Origin: Promethearchaeota archaeon
GTDB taxonomy: Archaea; Asgardarchaeota; Lokiarchaeia; Sigyniarchaeales; SOKP01
Assembly (NCBI GenBank): GCA_019058365.1
Contig: JAHPZE010000014.1
Location: 46,040-110,039, forward strand
DNA: 64,000 nucleotides
Direction: 5' to 3'
In this document: positions 1 to 11,800 of the stretch, piece after piece
How the letters are laid out: each line of letters opens with the position of its first letter
Position numbering within the stretch: position 1 is the first letter of the stretch
The notes under the pieces: model-generated
Seen by the model: only the letters and a program-made list of their open reading frames with translations
What the model was told of the DNA's origin: nothing
Databases searched by the model: none
Program-made: the position numbers and the translations under genes

Positions 1-562
1 TTTGGTCAACCTTGACATCTCTTCCAATATCACCTATTCTGCCTCCGCTTAAAATACTTATTTTAGGAGTGATATTAAGTTTATCTAATTCTTTTATAGC
101 GGTTTCCATAAAGATAATTTTTTTTTCTAAGTTATTACATTCATCAATACCGACTGGACCGTAAAAGAATTGATAGCCATTAAAAGTTTCCAGTAATGCT
201 AATCTATTAATCTCTTCGCGCTTTAAATAGATTTTGATATTTTTTATGAACTTGCTCGAACTTAGAGAACCTCTTATAATGGTTTGAAGAGACTTGTTTT
301 TTAAAAATTCAAAAATAGAATTTTCAGGATCCTGACTTTCAATAAATTTCACTCTTGAATTTTTAATTAAATCTGGAGTTTGTCCAAGAAGCTTATTTGA
401 ATTTTCTTTTGTACCAAAAAAAAAAACTTGTGAATTATACTCTTGTAAAAAATCTAAGCATACCTTTAAGATTTTTTGGTTATGATATTCAGAAACCCCT
501 AATCCTATGCCAATAATACTACTTTTTTTTTTTGCTTCTGCTTCAAATTTTTTTAATATCAT
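1..562 (-). CDS. MtxX / methanogenesis marker protein 4-like (phosphate acyltransferase-like fold); runs off window edge
   Basis: Manually translated from ATG at 562 (not in ORF track): MILKKFEAEAKKKSSIIGIG...IIRGSLSSSKF...RLALLE...FFYGPVGIDE...ISILSGGRIGDIGRD; these motifs are typical of MtxX. Confidence 0.7.
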   Translation of the reverse strand, partial: MILKKFEAEAKKKSSIIGIGLGVSEYHNQKILKVCLDFLQEYNSQVFFFGTKENSNKLLGQTPDLIKNSRVKFIESQDPENSIFEFLKNKSLQTIIRGSLSSSKFIKNIKIYLKREEINRLALLETFNGYQFFYGPVGIDECNNLEKKIIFMETAIKELDKLNITPKISILSGGRIGDIGRDVKVDQ

Positions 563-581
563 ATTTAGGTAAGAATATCAT

Positions 582-1718
582 TTAAAATATATTATAAAAA
601 TTGAAAGCTAAAATTATAGTTAGTGCATCATATACACCATGAGTTATAACAACTGCTAATAAATTTTCATTTCTCCAATAATATATAGCACCTAATAAAA
701 GGGAGATAGCAAAATAAGGAATAAAAGATAACAGAAAGGAAATTAGTAGGACTAATGGAGCATTTAACACCATCAAAACTACGCCTGTTACATGAATCAT
801 AGCAAAAATAAATGCTGTAACTATAATCCCCCATTTATCACCTAGACTCCGCATTAACCCTTTTTGCATAAACCCTCTAAACAATATTTCCTCAGATGTT
901 CCAATTATTAAAATCATCACAATAGATAAGAGAATTAAACTAAGAACGTCAGCAGAAAGAATGATAGATTCAACATCACCAGTACCACTCCCAAGATCAC
1001 TTACTATTTCGATTCCAAAGATTGTTTCGAGAGCAATCTCGGTTAAAAAAGAAACTATTCCAACTAATAAAACCCCGATTATAGCAAATCCTAATCCTAT
1101 TAAGATCTCTTTTAATACTCCTTTTTTTTCAATTCCCCGTGTAGTAAATCCTAATAGTCCTAATCTATTTTTTAAACTGGGATTTTCAAGATATTTAGCA
1201 ACATATATGACCGGAACTAAAATAAATATTAATTCAAAGAAGGAACTAAATATTAAGAAGTATGGATTTAAGAGGATATCATATAATAATTCCAAATTAA
1301 AAGAAGCATAAATAATTAAAATAATTATTCCTGCTGTTAAGAAATTCATTAAAAGAAATGCACCTAATGGTACTCCAATAGAAGCTGCAGTTCCCCATAA
1401 TTCATGATTTTTCGTATCAATTATTTCATCATCCGGAATTTTCTTAGGTCCATAAATAATTGGAGGAGTGTAAAGTTGGGGATATTTTGATGGTATTATA
1501 TAAGGATTAATTACTTCTTCTTGTTGTAAAATTCTATGTTCCTTAAGGTACTCAAGATTAGTTCCACACCCCATACAGAATTTAAGTTTATTAATTTTTG
1601 GAATTTCTTTCCCACAAACGGGGCAAAATGACCAACTAGTATCATTTAATGCTGTTCCATCTTTAGATATCATTGTTTCTTGTTTATTATGAAGATCTTG
1701 AACTTCTTTCTCGTCCAT
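582..1718 (-). CDS. CPBP/Abi (type II CAAX) intramembrane metalloprotease with N-terminal double zinc ribbon
   Basis: EEILFRG, FAMIH and HGVYD motifs, multiple TM helices; CPVC..CMGC at the N-terminus. Confidence 0.85.
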   Translation of the reverse strand: MDEKEVQDLHNKQETMISKDGTALNDTSWSFCPVCGKEIPKINKLKFCMGCGTNLEYLKEHRILQQEEVINPYIIPSKYPQLYTPPIIYGPKKIPDDEIIDTKNHELWGTAASIGVPLGAFLLMNFLTAGIIILIIYASFNLELLYDILLNPYFLIFSSFFELIFILVPVIYVAKYLENPSLKNRLGLLGFTTRGIEKKGVLKEILIGLGFAIIGVLLVGIVSFLTEIALETIFGIEIVSDLGSGTGDVESIILSADVLSLILLSIVMILIIGTSEEILFRGFMQKGLMRSLGDKWGIIVTAFIFAMIHVTGVVLMVLNAPLVLLISFLLSFIPYFAISLLLGAIYYWRNENLLAVVITHGVYDALTIILAFNFYNIF

Positions 1719-1803
1719 GATTAAACTACAAAAAGAATTTAAATTACTAAAAGCTTTACATTTCTTATTAGAATTTTGTGAAAAAAATTTATGGATTAAG
1801 TTT

Positions 1804-3720
1804 TTAAATTTGACTTCTTATATGCTTAAAAATCATGTTAATTTCAATATCATTGTGGTACATATCAGGATTTATCAATTGATAGTAATTGTATTTAACA
1901 GGTTCTTCACCTTTCTCAACTAATAATTCTAGCTTTAGTGAGGGCATCCAAAATGTTTTATTGATATGCTGGTATTCAGCCATAACCATATAAAGAAAGT
2001 TCCCTACTTTTTTCGGGATAATTTTAGTTTTGATTTTTGTCATTTCATTAGCTTTTAACCTTTTAATGCTAGTAAATTCTAATTTGGATTCAAACGAATC
2101 AGACATAAAAAAATAGATCTTTATATCCTTGATTTCAGTCAAGTTAGGATTCTCGACCATAATCGTGATAATTTCTGGATGATTTAGCTTTAGTTTTTTA
2201 TTGTGTATTTTGATATCTATGAAAATAGGGTATGGTAAGATTTTTTCATTTAAATCAAAACTTAAATTAATGAGTTTTTGAAGATTGGGTTTTAAATTTA
2301 ATATAAATTGATTTTTTTGTTCTTCTAAAGAAAGAACTTGTTTACTCCTCGATTCTTCAAAACCTTGAAGCACACGATTAATATACTTTAAGATGTATTT
2401 ATCAAATTCTGAATGTTTAACAGATATAAAAGAAATTAATTTCTTGTAATATTCTGATTCAAGATTTTGAGGTAAAGGTTTCTCGAAAATATCCTTGATA
2501 AAATTTTTTAAAAGCTCATCTAAATGGATTAAGTCTTTATGTTCAATTTCAAATTTCTCCAAAATTTTCCCATTAAATTTGTCATCTTGTAAAAATTCAC
2601 TTAATAAATTTAGCACTTCAATAGCTTCAGAGTTATAGGCGTTAAAAGCCTTTGTTATCATAGCTTCTAATAAGTTATTTAATTTTGTAATATTTTTGTT
2701 CTTATAATTAATGAATTCTGCTCGGTAAGATTCTAAATATTTAATTAATTTACCAGAATGTAATTTTAATAGGCTTCTCTGATATTTTTGATATCTTTCC
2801 GATACATTTTTTATCCAATTACCAACACTATTTATTTTCTCAAGATTTTCTTCATTGTTGAATATTATATTTTCTTCTAAAGTATCTGTAGATAACAGTG
2901 GACAATCAATTTTTACTTTTTCCAATACTACACTTGTATTACGCTCCAATTGATATATTTTTTCTATTTGTGTGTACAAATTGAATTTCTGAAAATCATC
3001 TGCTTTGATTTTAATTAATTTCTCAAGTAAATCTTCTAACTTATCAGAATAATATTTAGGATTTCTATTTAGAATCCCTCTTAATATTGCAGCAAATTCA
3101 GAAAGAATTATGTAGATATCTTTTTTAACATAGATTTTAGTTCTGTTATTTTCTAGGTTTATGATATTACAAAAATTTACTACATTCTGATAATTTTTCT
3201 CAGCAAATTGATAGTAATTGGCACATTTTTCAAAATATAATGAATTTTTTGCCAAATAACTATAATATAATCCTAATAATGATTTATTAATAATATATGA
3301 AAGTTCTCTGAGTTCTTCATACTTTCTTTTGGTTTTATTATCTTTTATATAGGCTATTAAAAATTCCTCAACAATTATCTCAAAATTGCCTGCAGAACGA
3401 ATTGAATTGATTAATTTTAAAGGATTAATTTCTATATCATCTAGTTTAGTAATAATGAAATGCCTATATTCATTAAAATCAGAATTAAGACTATAAAAAT
3501 AAGAATCAATTAAAGATTTTCTTCTCTCAAGTTCCGAATTTTTGACTTTTTTTTCAGTTTTAAATGATGTAAGGTTTAGAATTTCAGTTAAATAATATTT
3601 GAGAGAATATAATGACTCCATATATAATGTTCTTGCCCCACAATAAGGACACTGAGCTGCAGATCCCTTTATAATGGGTAAACCACACCCACATTTCTTG
3701 CAAGGCATAAAGGATATCAT
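1804..3720 (-). CDS. Hypothetical protein: N-terminal Zn ribbon, long helical region, C-terminal Ig-like beta-sandwich
   Basis: CKKC...CPYC; C-terminal beta-strand pattern (IITIMVENP..DIKIY..LKANE..IIPKKVG). Confidence 0.55.
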   Translation of the reverse strand: MISFMPCKKCGCGLPIIKGSAAQCPYCGARTLYMESLYSLKYYLTEILNLTSFKTEKKVKNSELERRKSLIDSYFYSLNSDFNEYRHFIITKLDDIEINPLKLINSIRSAGNFEIIVEEFLIAYIKDNKTKRKYEELRELSYIINKSLLGLYYSYLAKNSLYFEKCANYYQFAEKNYQNVVNFCNIINLENNRTKIYVKKDIYIILSEFAAILRGILNRNPKYYSDKLEDLLEKLIKIKADDFQKFNLYTQIEKIYQLERNTSVVLEKVKIDCPLLSTDTLEENIIFNNEENLEKINSVGNWIKNVSERYQKYQRSLLKLHSGKLIKYLESYRAEFINYKNKNITKLNNLLEAMITKAFNAYNSEAIEVLNLLSEFLQDDKFNGKILEKFEIEHKDLIHLDELLKNFIKDIFEKPLPQNLESEYYKKLISFISVKHSEFDKYILKYINRVLQGFEESRSKQVLSLEEQKNQFILNLKPNLQKLINLSFDLNEKILPYPIFIDIKIHNKKLKLNHPEIITIMVENPNLTEIKDIKIYFFMSDSFESKLEFTSIKRLKANEMTKIKTKIIPKKVGNFLYMVMAEYQHINKTFWMPSLKLELLVEKGEEPVKYNYYQLINPDMYHNDIEINMIFKHIRSQI

Positions 3721-3914
3721 AGAAATAAGTGTTCTCTCAAATTTTATATTTTAAATATTCTTTCATATTACAAATTACTACTCGATTATTAAAATTTTAT
3801 CCTTTAAGTCTATTAAATCATAATATTTTGATGTGTTTTATGACGTGTAATATTTAATCATATTACTTAATAATTGAATAAATTCTTCTTTAATATTCTT
3901 TAAAAAATATATAT

Positions 3915-5687
3915 TTAATGAGTAAAATAACAGAAAAGATGGTTGTTTTCAAGATTTATGGGATTGACGAATCCATAACGTTCGAATTGAATCGTTTTAT
4001 TCATCGGTATTTTTAAAAGATTTATTTCTCCATTCCCTTTTGATAGTGTTCCATCTGGTTTTAAGATTGAGACCCTTACATTTTCATCTTTAGGTACCCA
4101 TTGAATAATTGGAAAATCTCGATCCAACTCCTTACTATAATAGGAAGCACCTATTTTTTTATTATTCAAATCAATAGACTCAATCTTGATATTCATTAAA
4201 TCTTTTAACCGAATCATTTGATCCTTTTGTAGGTTTTTTCCATCCATAAAAGCAATTAAAAGGTTCAGTTGATTGTTTATTGATATGCATTTTATTTTCC
4301 TTTTTCCTTTTTTAGGCGTTGTTGGATGTACGAGAGGTTCAGCAATGTATAACTTGTCAGGAATATTATCAATTGTAATTGAAAAGGGATTTTCAACATA
4401 AAAAAAACGGTCAGAGATTGCGTCTATTATATCTTGATTTTTTGAATATAACCAATTTACAGAAAATGTTATTCCTGATTGAGACATACCAAGTTCTAGT
4501 AATGTTTCTCTTAACGCTTCCGGTCTTATTCCACGCTTTTTGAGAGATTGTAAACTCCATGTCCTTGGATCTTCCCATCCTTCATAAATTCCATTTTGAA
4601 TATTATTTCTTGATTCGGTTTTGCTTAATTTCATATCAGCGAAATTGAGTCTTCCATAATATAATAACTCCGCTTTTTTCCAACCAAAATGGTCCCAAAT
4701 AAATTCTTCAATAATACCTTCTTTAACTAAATCTATACCTCTTAATATATGAGACGCACTTATTAAATAATCATCAATTGCCCAAGAATACTCTAGCATT
4801 GGCCATACTATATATTTATTACCCACTCTTGGATGTTCTGCCTCTGAAATTCTCATAATAATTTGGTCTCTTAAAGCTGGATCTTTTTGATCCATTCCTG
4901 TTTTTAGTCTTACTACAGCTTGACCTTCATGATATTCCTTGTTAAGCATAGCGTTCCATAGCTCTAAATTCTTTTCTTTTGATTGATTCCTATGTGGACA
5001 ATCATTTTTGTTTTTCTTATAATTTTCCCTAAATTCATCAGCGGAGCAAAAACAAACATAAGCCATATTATCTTTAATGAGTTTTTCACAGTATTCATAA
5101 AAAATTTCTAATCGATCGCTTTTATAATAAATATTGCTATAATTTACTCCTAACCAATCCAATCCTTCCTTAATTAAATTATAGGCTTCTGGTAATACGT
5201 ATTTAGCCTTAGGGCTTTCCCGTAAAGATTTTGGACTTCCGATGGTATCATCATAAAATAAAATAAGTTCACCATTATATCTTTTAACGTATTCATCATT
5301 TAGTACAATCATTCTTGCGTTCCCAACATGTAGCGCCCCACTTGGATAAGGAGCTAAACGCATTATTACTTTTTTAAACTTCGAGATGTTTGGTAGTTCT
5401 GGTAATTCCTTATCTTCCTCTATTTTTTCTTTTTTATCCAACGCGTGAGGATCTAACTGAAATAATTTTTCTTTCTGTTCCTTTATATTTAGATTTGAGA
5501 TTTCAGAAATGATACTATCCAATATAGGAATAATTGATTTCGCTTGAGAGCGCATATCGGGTCTTGTGGCCATAAGTTTTCCCATTATAGCTTTTTTATC
5601 TGGCTTACCATTAAATTTAACTGCGTTCTTCAAACCACTTAACCATAGAATCTTTCTTATTTCTTCATCTTTCATTAGTATCTTCAT
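3915..5687 (-). CDS. gltX: Glutamate--tRNA ligase (archaeal type)
   Basis: RLAPYPSGALHVGN (HIGH), KLSKT (KMSKS), GWEDPR, QFERYGF. Confidence 0.95.
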   Translation of the reverse strand: MKILMKDEEIRKILWLSGLKNAVKFNGKPDKKAIMGKLMATRPDMRSQAKSIIPILDSIISEISNLNIKEQKEKLFQLDPHALDKKEKIEEDKELPELPNISKFKKVIMRLAPYPSGALHVGNARMIVLNDEYVKRYNGELILFYDDTIGSPKSLRESPKAKYVLPEAYNLIKEGLDWLGVNYSNIYYKSDRLEIFYEYCEKLIKDNMAYVCFCSADEFRENYKKNKNDCPHRNQSKEKNLELWNAMLNKEYHEGQAVVRLKTGMDQKDPALRDQIIMRISEAEHPRVGNKYIVWPMLEYSWAIDDYLISASHILRGIDLVKEGIIEEFIWDHFGWKKAELLYYGRLNFADMKLSKTESRNNIQNGIYEGWEDPRTWSLQSLKKRGIRPEALRETLLELGMSQSGITFSVNWLYSKNQDIIDAISDRFFYVENPFSITIDNIPDKLYIAEPLVHPTTPKKGKRKIKCISINNQLNLLIAFMDGKNLQKDQMIRLKDLMNIKIESIDLNNKKIGASYYSKELDRDFPIIQWVPKDENVRVSILKPDGTLSKGNGEINLLKIPMNKTIQFERYGFVNPINLENNHLFCYFTH

Positions 5688-5700
5688 CTTATCAATTTTT

Positions 5701-6978
5701 TTAATTTTTCAATTCATCTATTTTGGCTTGCAATTCATGAATACCATTTCTTATTATGTTTTTTGCTATGAATGAAGATTCCTCTGCTTCTTTTTGCATT
5801 AATATCCTTGATTTTAAAGAGCATGCTTCTAAAAATGTGCTTTTGTTCTTTATACTTGAACCGATAATTATAACATCCAGAATATGTAAAGCTAATTGGA
5901 GTTTTCCTTGTTTATATAGCTTTTCCGCGTGAAAAAGATATTTTTTTTCATCATTTATTGCTAAAAACTCCTCTGCGATCTCATTAGATTTAGCGGGAAA
6001 GAGATCAGTTGGATTTCCCGTTGTATACCATCCATGAAAAAGCCTATAAACAGCATGTATAGCAAATCGATAACAACCATATGCCGGATTCAAATATTTG
6101 TGTTTTTTAAACTTTTCAGGATAAATTTCAAGCATCTCATGATAAATTTGTTCGAACCATTTTCCTTCATTTAATCTTTTTACAACTTCATCATAAACAA
6201 AATGCATTACTTCTGCTCTAATTGATAAAGCTTCTTGAACATTTTTTTTGCCTTCTATAAGTGGTCCATGACCAGGTGCTAAGAACTTTGCGTCTTTTTC
6301 TAACATTTTTTCCATAGCTATAGCCCATTGTTTAGGGTAGCGTTGTACTTTAAATGGGTTCCCTACATTAGGGAATGTGGGATTCGATACTAATTCCCCA
6401 GGAAATAAAACTTCTTTTTCAGGTAAAAACATCCATAAGCTATCATCTGTTTCTCCTTTATCGTGATAAAGCTCAAAAGAATAATTTCCTAATTTAAACT
6501 CATAATTGTTATTTCCATGAATTATTATTGTTGGGTTGAGTGTATCATGAGCAGAAACCCCCTCTTTTGGTATATTCCCTATTGAAGAAAATTGCTGATT
6601 ATTAATCCAATTATGATATTTGTCTAATTCTCTATACTTCTCAAATCTATTTAAAATGTTTTCATGTGCAATGATTTGAGGCATCTCCCATCCTTTATCG
6701 TTTACTTCTTTAATGATCGACGCATATCCAAAAGAATGATCAAAATGCCCATGAGAATAGATGATAAATCTTATTTGCTTATCTGAAAACTTTCGGATTT
6801 TATTGAATATACGACGATGAAATAATCTATTGGATAGATCAAAAACAACTAATCCTTCTTCAGTTTTTATCACACTAACATTGGCCCAAGCTCCAATAAG
6901 AAAACATGTATCATCTGCAAATGTCTTAGATGGAAAATTGCCGAACCATTGGTTCATAGCCTCTTCAGTTGAGCTCAT
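5701..6978 (-). CDS. MBL-fold hydrolase, alkyl sulfatase-like with dimerisation domain
   Basis: SHGHFDH, GETDD, PGHG motifs; GWYTTGNPTDLFP. Confidence 0.8.
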   Translation of the reverse strand: MSSTEEAMNQWFGNFPSKTFADDTCFLIGAWANVSVIKTEEGLVVFDLSNRLFHRRIFNKIRKFSDKQIRFIIYSHGHFDHSFGYASIIKEVNDKGWEMPQIIAHENILNRFEKYRELDKYHNWINNQQFSSIGNIPKEGVSAHDTLNPTIIIHGNNNYEFKLGNYSFELYHDKGETDDSLWMFLPEKEVLFPGELVSNPTFPNVGNPFKVQRYPKQWAIAMEKMLEKDAKFLAPGHGPLIEGKKNVQEALSIRAEVMHFVYDEVVKRLNEGKWFEQIYHEMLEIYPEKFKKHKYLNPAYGCYRFAIHAVYRLFHGWYTTGNPTDLFPAKSNEIAEEFLAINDEKKYLFHAEKLYKQGKLQLALHILDVIIIGSSIKNKSTFLEACSLKSRILMQKEAEESSFIAKNIIRNGIHELQAKIDELKN

Positions 6979-7001
6979 TATTTTTCTTGTAAATTTAACT
7001 T

Positions 7002-7967
7002 TTATGAATTGTAAAGATTTTGAATTATATCATTTGCTTCTTTCATTATTCGTTCAATTAATTCTTTCACTGAGGGTATATCGTGGATTAATCCTATCCC
7101 TTGACCAACAGATATGATACCCGCAGATAAATCACCTTGTTCATACATAAGCTTCGATTTTGCACCAGCAGCAGCATTAAATATCTCCATTTGGTCACTT
7201 TTTGAGTTTTCTAACTCAAGAACTAGTTTAGCGGCATCATTGTCCCAAACTCGATGAGTAGCATTAAGAGATCGCATAATAATGGTTGTATCATAGATAC
7301 TAGTATTTATTAAGGCTTTCTTTAAATTATCATGAATTGGACATTCTTGGGTGGTTAAAAGACGAGTACCTATTAATGCTGCCTGAGCTCCTAATGCTAA
7401 AACAGCAGCTACACCTCTTCCATCTGATATCCCCCCTCCGGCAACAACAGGTACCTCTAAAGCGTCAATAGTAGCAGGTGTTAATACTATAGTACCAATA
7501 TCATATCGCCCGGTAGCACCACCATTTTCCCAACCGACAACTTCTACAATATCAGCTCCTAATGAAGCCGCTTTTTTCGCATATCTTACACCTGCACATT
7601 TATGAATCCAAATTATATCATTCTTTTTGAATAAAGGAATGTATTTATCTGGAGCTTCATGTCCCGATGTTTCAATAATTTTAACCCCTTCTTCGATCAT
7701 AGCTTTAACTAGATCAATTTGTCTTATGGGTCTTAGCATAGGAAATAAATTTACATTTACAGCATAGGCTTTATCAGTTAGAGCTTGTAATTCATGGAGA
7801 GCTTCACGTAATGGTTCAGGTTTTCGATACATTACTGAGGCAAGAATTCCGAGTGCACCTGCATTTGAACATGCAGCAGCGAAAGAGGGATAACTTATAT
7901 TCATCATATTTCCACAAAAAATTGGATATTTTATACCCAACATTTCTGTCACTTTTGTTTTCAACAT
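7002..7967 (-). CDS. Nitronate monooxygenase / FabK-like flavin oxidoreductase
   Basis: LGIKYPI, SNAGALG, VAGGISDGRG, GTRL motifs. Confidence 0.85.
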   Translation of the reverse strand: MLKTKVTEMLGIKYPIFCGNMMNISYPSFAAACSNAGALGILASVMYRKPEPLREALHELQALTDKAYAVNVNLFPMLRPIRQIDLVKAMIEEGVKIIETSGHEAPDKYIPLFKKNDIIWIHKCAGVRYAKKAASLGADIVEVVGWENGGATGRYDIGTIVLTPATIDALEVPVVAGGGISDGRGVAAVLALGAQAALIGTRLLTTQECPIHDNLKKALINTSIYDTTIIMRSLNATHRVWDNDAAKLVLELENSKSDQMEIFNAAAGAKSKLMYEQGDLSAGIISVGQGIGLIHDIPSVKELIERIMKEANDIIQNLYNS

Positions 7968-8069
7968 GGGTTTATTACTTCTTTTTTATTATATTATAAG
8001 TATTTAATTTAATATGATTAATAGAATCTCTTACTGTAAAAATTAAAAACTTCATTTTCTAGGGTGTCT

Positions 8070-8747
8070 CTAATTTAACTTAAACATTCTTAAAATATCT
8101 TCAATACTAATCTCTGTTAAATCCTTTATAATTAAATGAGCATTAAGAAGTTCTTCCTTATTGTGTGTTGTTGTAAGGGCAATTGGTATCATTTCTGCTC
8201 TCATAGCTGCTTCTATACCAACTGGCGCATCCTCAATAACTATACAATTTTTTGGGTTGATATTTAAAGTCTTAGCAACAATTAGGAAAACGTCTGGTTC
8301 TGGTTTTCCTTTCTTAACTTCTGCCGCGGTAATAATAACATCAAAATAATGTTTTATTTTTAAACTTGTCAATACCAAATCTACATTTTCAGAAGGACCA
8401 CTCGAACCTACAGCTAATTTAAACCCTTTAGATTTTAGATCAGCTAGAATTTTCATAACTCCGGGTAAAGGTGCTAATTTATCCTTTACAATTTCTCGAT
8501 AATTTTTCTCTTTAATATTAGCCCATTTTTCTATAAGAACTTCATCTGGATCTGGACCTACTAATTTTCGAGTAATTGTGGGAGATTGTTGACCAAAGGT
8601 CTCTTCAAAAAGCTCTCTTGTAAACTCTACTCCTATAAATCTTCCTAAATTTACCCAACTCTCAAAATGAATAGGACCTGTGTCAGCAAGAACACCATCC
8701 ATATCAAAGATAACGCAATAATGTGAATAAATTGCATTATATTTCAT
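8070..8747 (-). CDS. HAD-family phosphatase (beta-phosphoglucomutase-like)
   Basis: FDMDGVLADT, KPEPDVF, IEDAPVG. Confidence 0.9.
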   Translation of the reverse strand: MKYNAIYSHYCVIFDMDGVLADTGPIHFESWVNLGRFIGVEFTRELFEETFGQQSPTITRKLVGPDPDEVLIEKWANIKEKNYREIVKDKLAPLPGVMKILADLKSKGFKLAVGSSGPSENVDLVLTSLKIKHYFDVIITAAEVKKGKPEPDVFLIVAKTLNINPKNCIVIEDAPVGIEAAMRAEMIPIALTTTHNKEELLNAHLIIKDLTEISIEDILRMFKLN

Positions 8748-8897
8748 CTCAAATCAATCTTATCCATAAAAGCTTAAAATCTAATCTTTTGCAGTATTTA
8801 AAATTTTAAAATTTCAATTAGAAATTAGTTTATATATTAAGAAGACATAATTAAGAATTAAAAAAGTGGGTATTAAACTTTTAAAAGTTGGACAATT

Positions 8898-11800
8898 ATG
8901 AAAAAGGAATTAAGAATCATGTCTTTATTGGGAATTTTTGCATTTCTATCTTTAACTATTTTCGTTTCAGATATTTTTAACGAATTCAATTTTAATACTA
9001 AAAATCGCTTAGAAAATTCAGGATTTTGGGATCTTACCAGTACTCCAATCCATATCAATGACTTAAATCCTAGCATTAATTGGAGTAGAACTGCTGCTGA
9101 TAATGAGTGGTGTAGTGGATCAGGAACTTGGAGTGATCCCTATCTTATTGAAAATATCACTATAGATGATTTATTTAGTGGAAGTTGTATATGGATTGAA
9201 AATTCTGAAGTCCCATTCATAATTAGAAATTGTACTTTTATAAATAGTGGAAGAGGCGCAGTTTGGCCTGATTCTGGAATAAGATTTAATAACGTCAGCA
9301 ATGGGCGTATAGAGAATAATACAATTTACTTAAATGAATTTTATGGACTTTCAATACTAGACGGGAGTAAGAATAATACTATTACAAAAAATAATATTAA
9401 TAATAATGATGATGGTGGATTGTATTTAGGGTATTCTAGTAATAATAATATTTTTAGTGATAATAATTTCAATTATAACTATTTTGGAGGTTTTTATATT
9501 TATCATTGTAATTTTAATAATTTTTCAGGAAATACCATTAAGCAAACCACGAGTGATCAAACTAGAGAGATAACAATTACTGGGCAAAACAATACTTTCT
9601 CAGGAAATATGTTTGAAAACTGTGGAATCTATCTTCAACCTTGGGATGAGCCATTAAGCGAATTATCTTCTCATTTGATTGATATAACAAATTTAGTTAA
9701 TGGGAAACCAATATATTATTATGCAAACAAAAGTTTTCTGATAAAGGATAATTTCACCAATGCGGGGCAAGTTATCTTAGTAAACTGTGAATTTTGTGAA
9801 ATATCAAGTCAAAATATATCTAATAGTGGACGTGGTATATTATTCTATTATAGTCATAATAATACTATTTTTAACAATAGTATTAGTAATTCTTTTGCTG
9901 AGGAAATTTCTGTATATAAATCTGATCAAAATAATATATCTCATAATTTAATTAGTAATATTGGGGATTCTATAGGCATTACTTTAAGCTATTCTAATAA
10001 AAATAATGTCTCATTAAATCAAATTTTTGATTGTAATACTGCTATAGATATAAATACGGGTTATTGGAATACAATAAGCTTTAATAATTTAACAGATAAT
10101 TACAGAGGTGTAGATATTTACCACGGAGAACTTACAGATATGAATAATACAATTAAAAAAAATATAATTTCAGATAATGATCAAGGTATCTATGTACAAA
10201 ACGCCAATACAAATGGAAATACAATATTTTTTAACTATTTTATCACAAATAGCATAAATGCATATGATAATGGAGATTATAATTATTGGGACAATGGATC
10301 GTTAGGAAATTACTGGGATGACTATGTGGGGAATGATTCTAATGATGACGGAATTGGTGAAACCCCATATATTGTATCAGGGGCAGGTGGGAATCAAGAT
10401 AATTTTCCTCTATGGGATGATGGTCATAATGGAAGTAAAATATTCATAGATGATGGTTCTTCAAATAATTGGAATTGGGCTAGTAAACATACTTGGTGTA
10501 CAGGTTCTGGAACATTGAAAGATCCCTATATAATAAAAAATTGTAATATCGATGGTAATAATTCGGGTAGTTGTATCTACATAAAGAATTCAAATGTATA
10601 TTTTAGAATTGAGAATTGTACTGTTTATAATTCACAGAGTGTAGATGGTATATATCATGCTGGCATCTTATTAGAGGATACATCTAAAGGAACAATAATA
10701 AATACTACCACTTCTTATAATAATGGGAATGGGATTTCCCTTGATGGATCTCATAATATTACAATTCAAGGATGTTTTATTAATGATAATATTAATTATG
10801 GAATTTCTCAGATTTGGAGTAGTTATAATATCACAATAATTAATAATACTATCAACAATAACAATAGGGGAATCTTTACCTCTTCTGCTGCCCAAGATGA
10901 TAAGATTATAGGAAATGTTTTTAAAAGCAATACTGAAGCTGCTATTTACTTTAACCCTGGTTCTTATAGTTTAATTGAAAGAAATAAAATTACAGGCAGT
11001 TTTAGGGGAATTCATTTATGGGGAAACAATAATACCATTTTATTTAATGATATCTATTCTAATTCATATGGAATTTACTTTAGTCCTGGAATGGATACAT
11101 GGAATAATACAATAGCTCATAATTCAATTTATAATTCATTTTCATATGCTATCTATTTAGAAGGCTCTAATGACCGATTTAACATTTTTTATAACAATTC
11201 ATTTACAGGAAATGGAAATAATGCTTATGATGATGGTTATGGTAATTATTGGGATAATGGTATAATTGGGAATTATTGGGATGATTATAGCGGGGAGGAT
11301 GCAAATGATGATGGTATTGGAGAAGATCCATACGTCATTACTGGATTAGCTTTAAGTCAAGATAATTTCCCTATTTGGGACGATGGTCATAATGGTAGTA
11401 AAATTGTTATTGATGATAGTGCATCTAATAACTGGGTTTGGGCTAAAACTCGAACATGGTGTTCAGGCTCGGGAACTTTTAATGATCCGTATATAATAAG
11501 AGAGTGTATAATTGATGGAAATAACTTAACCAGTTGTATCCAGATTAGTAATTCGATTGTATATTTTAGAATTGAAAATTGTAGCATTTTTAATTGTTCT
11601 TCAGGGCAAGCGGGGATCAAATTATTAAATGTGCTTAACGGACAATTATTAAATAGTAATTGTTCAAATAACATAGGCTATGGAATATATTTATCCGACA
11701 GTCATAATAATACTATTTCAGGAAATATCGCAAATTATAATGATGAATTTGGGATATTTCTAGAAGCAAGTGATAATAACACCCTTTCAGGAAACGATTT

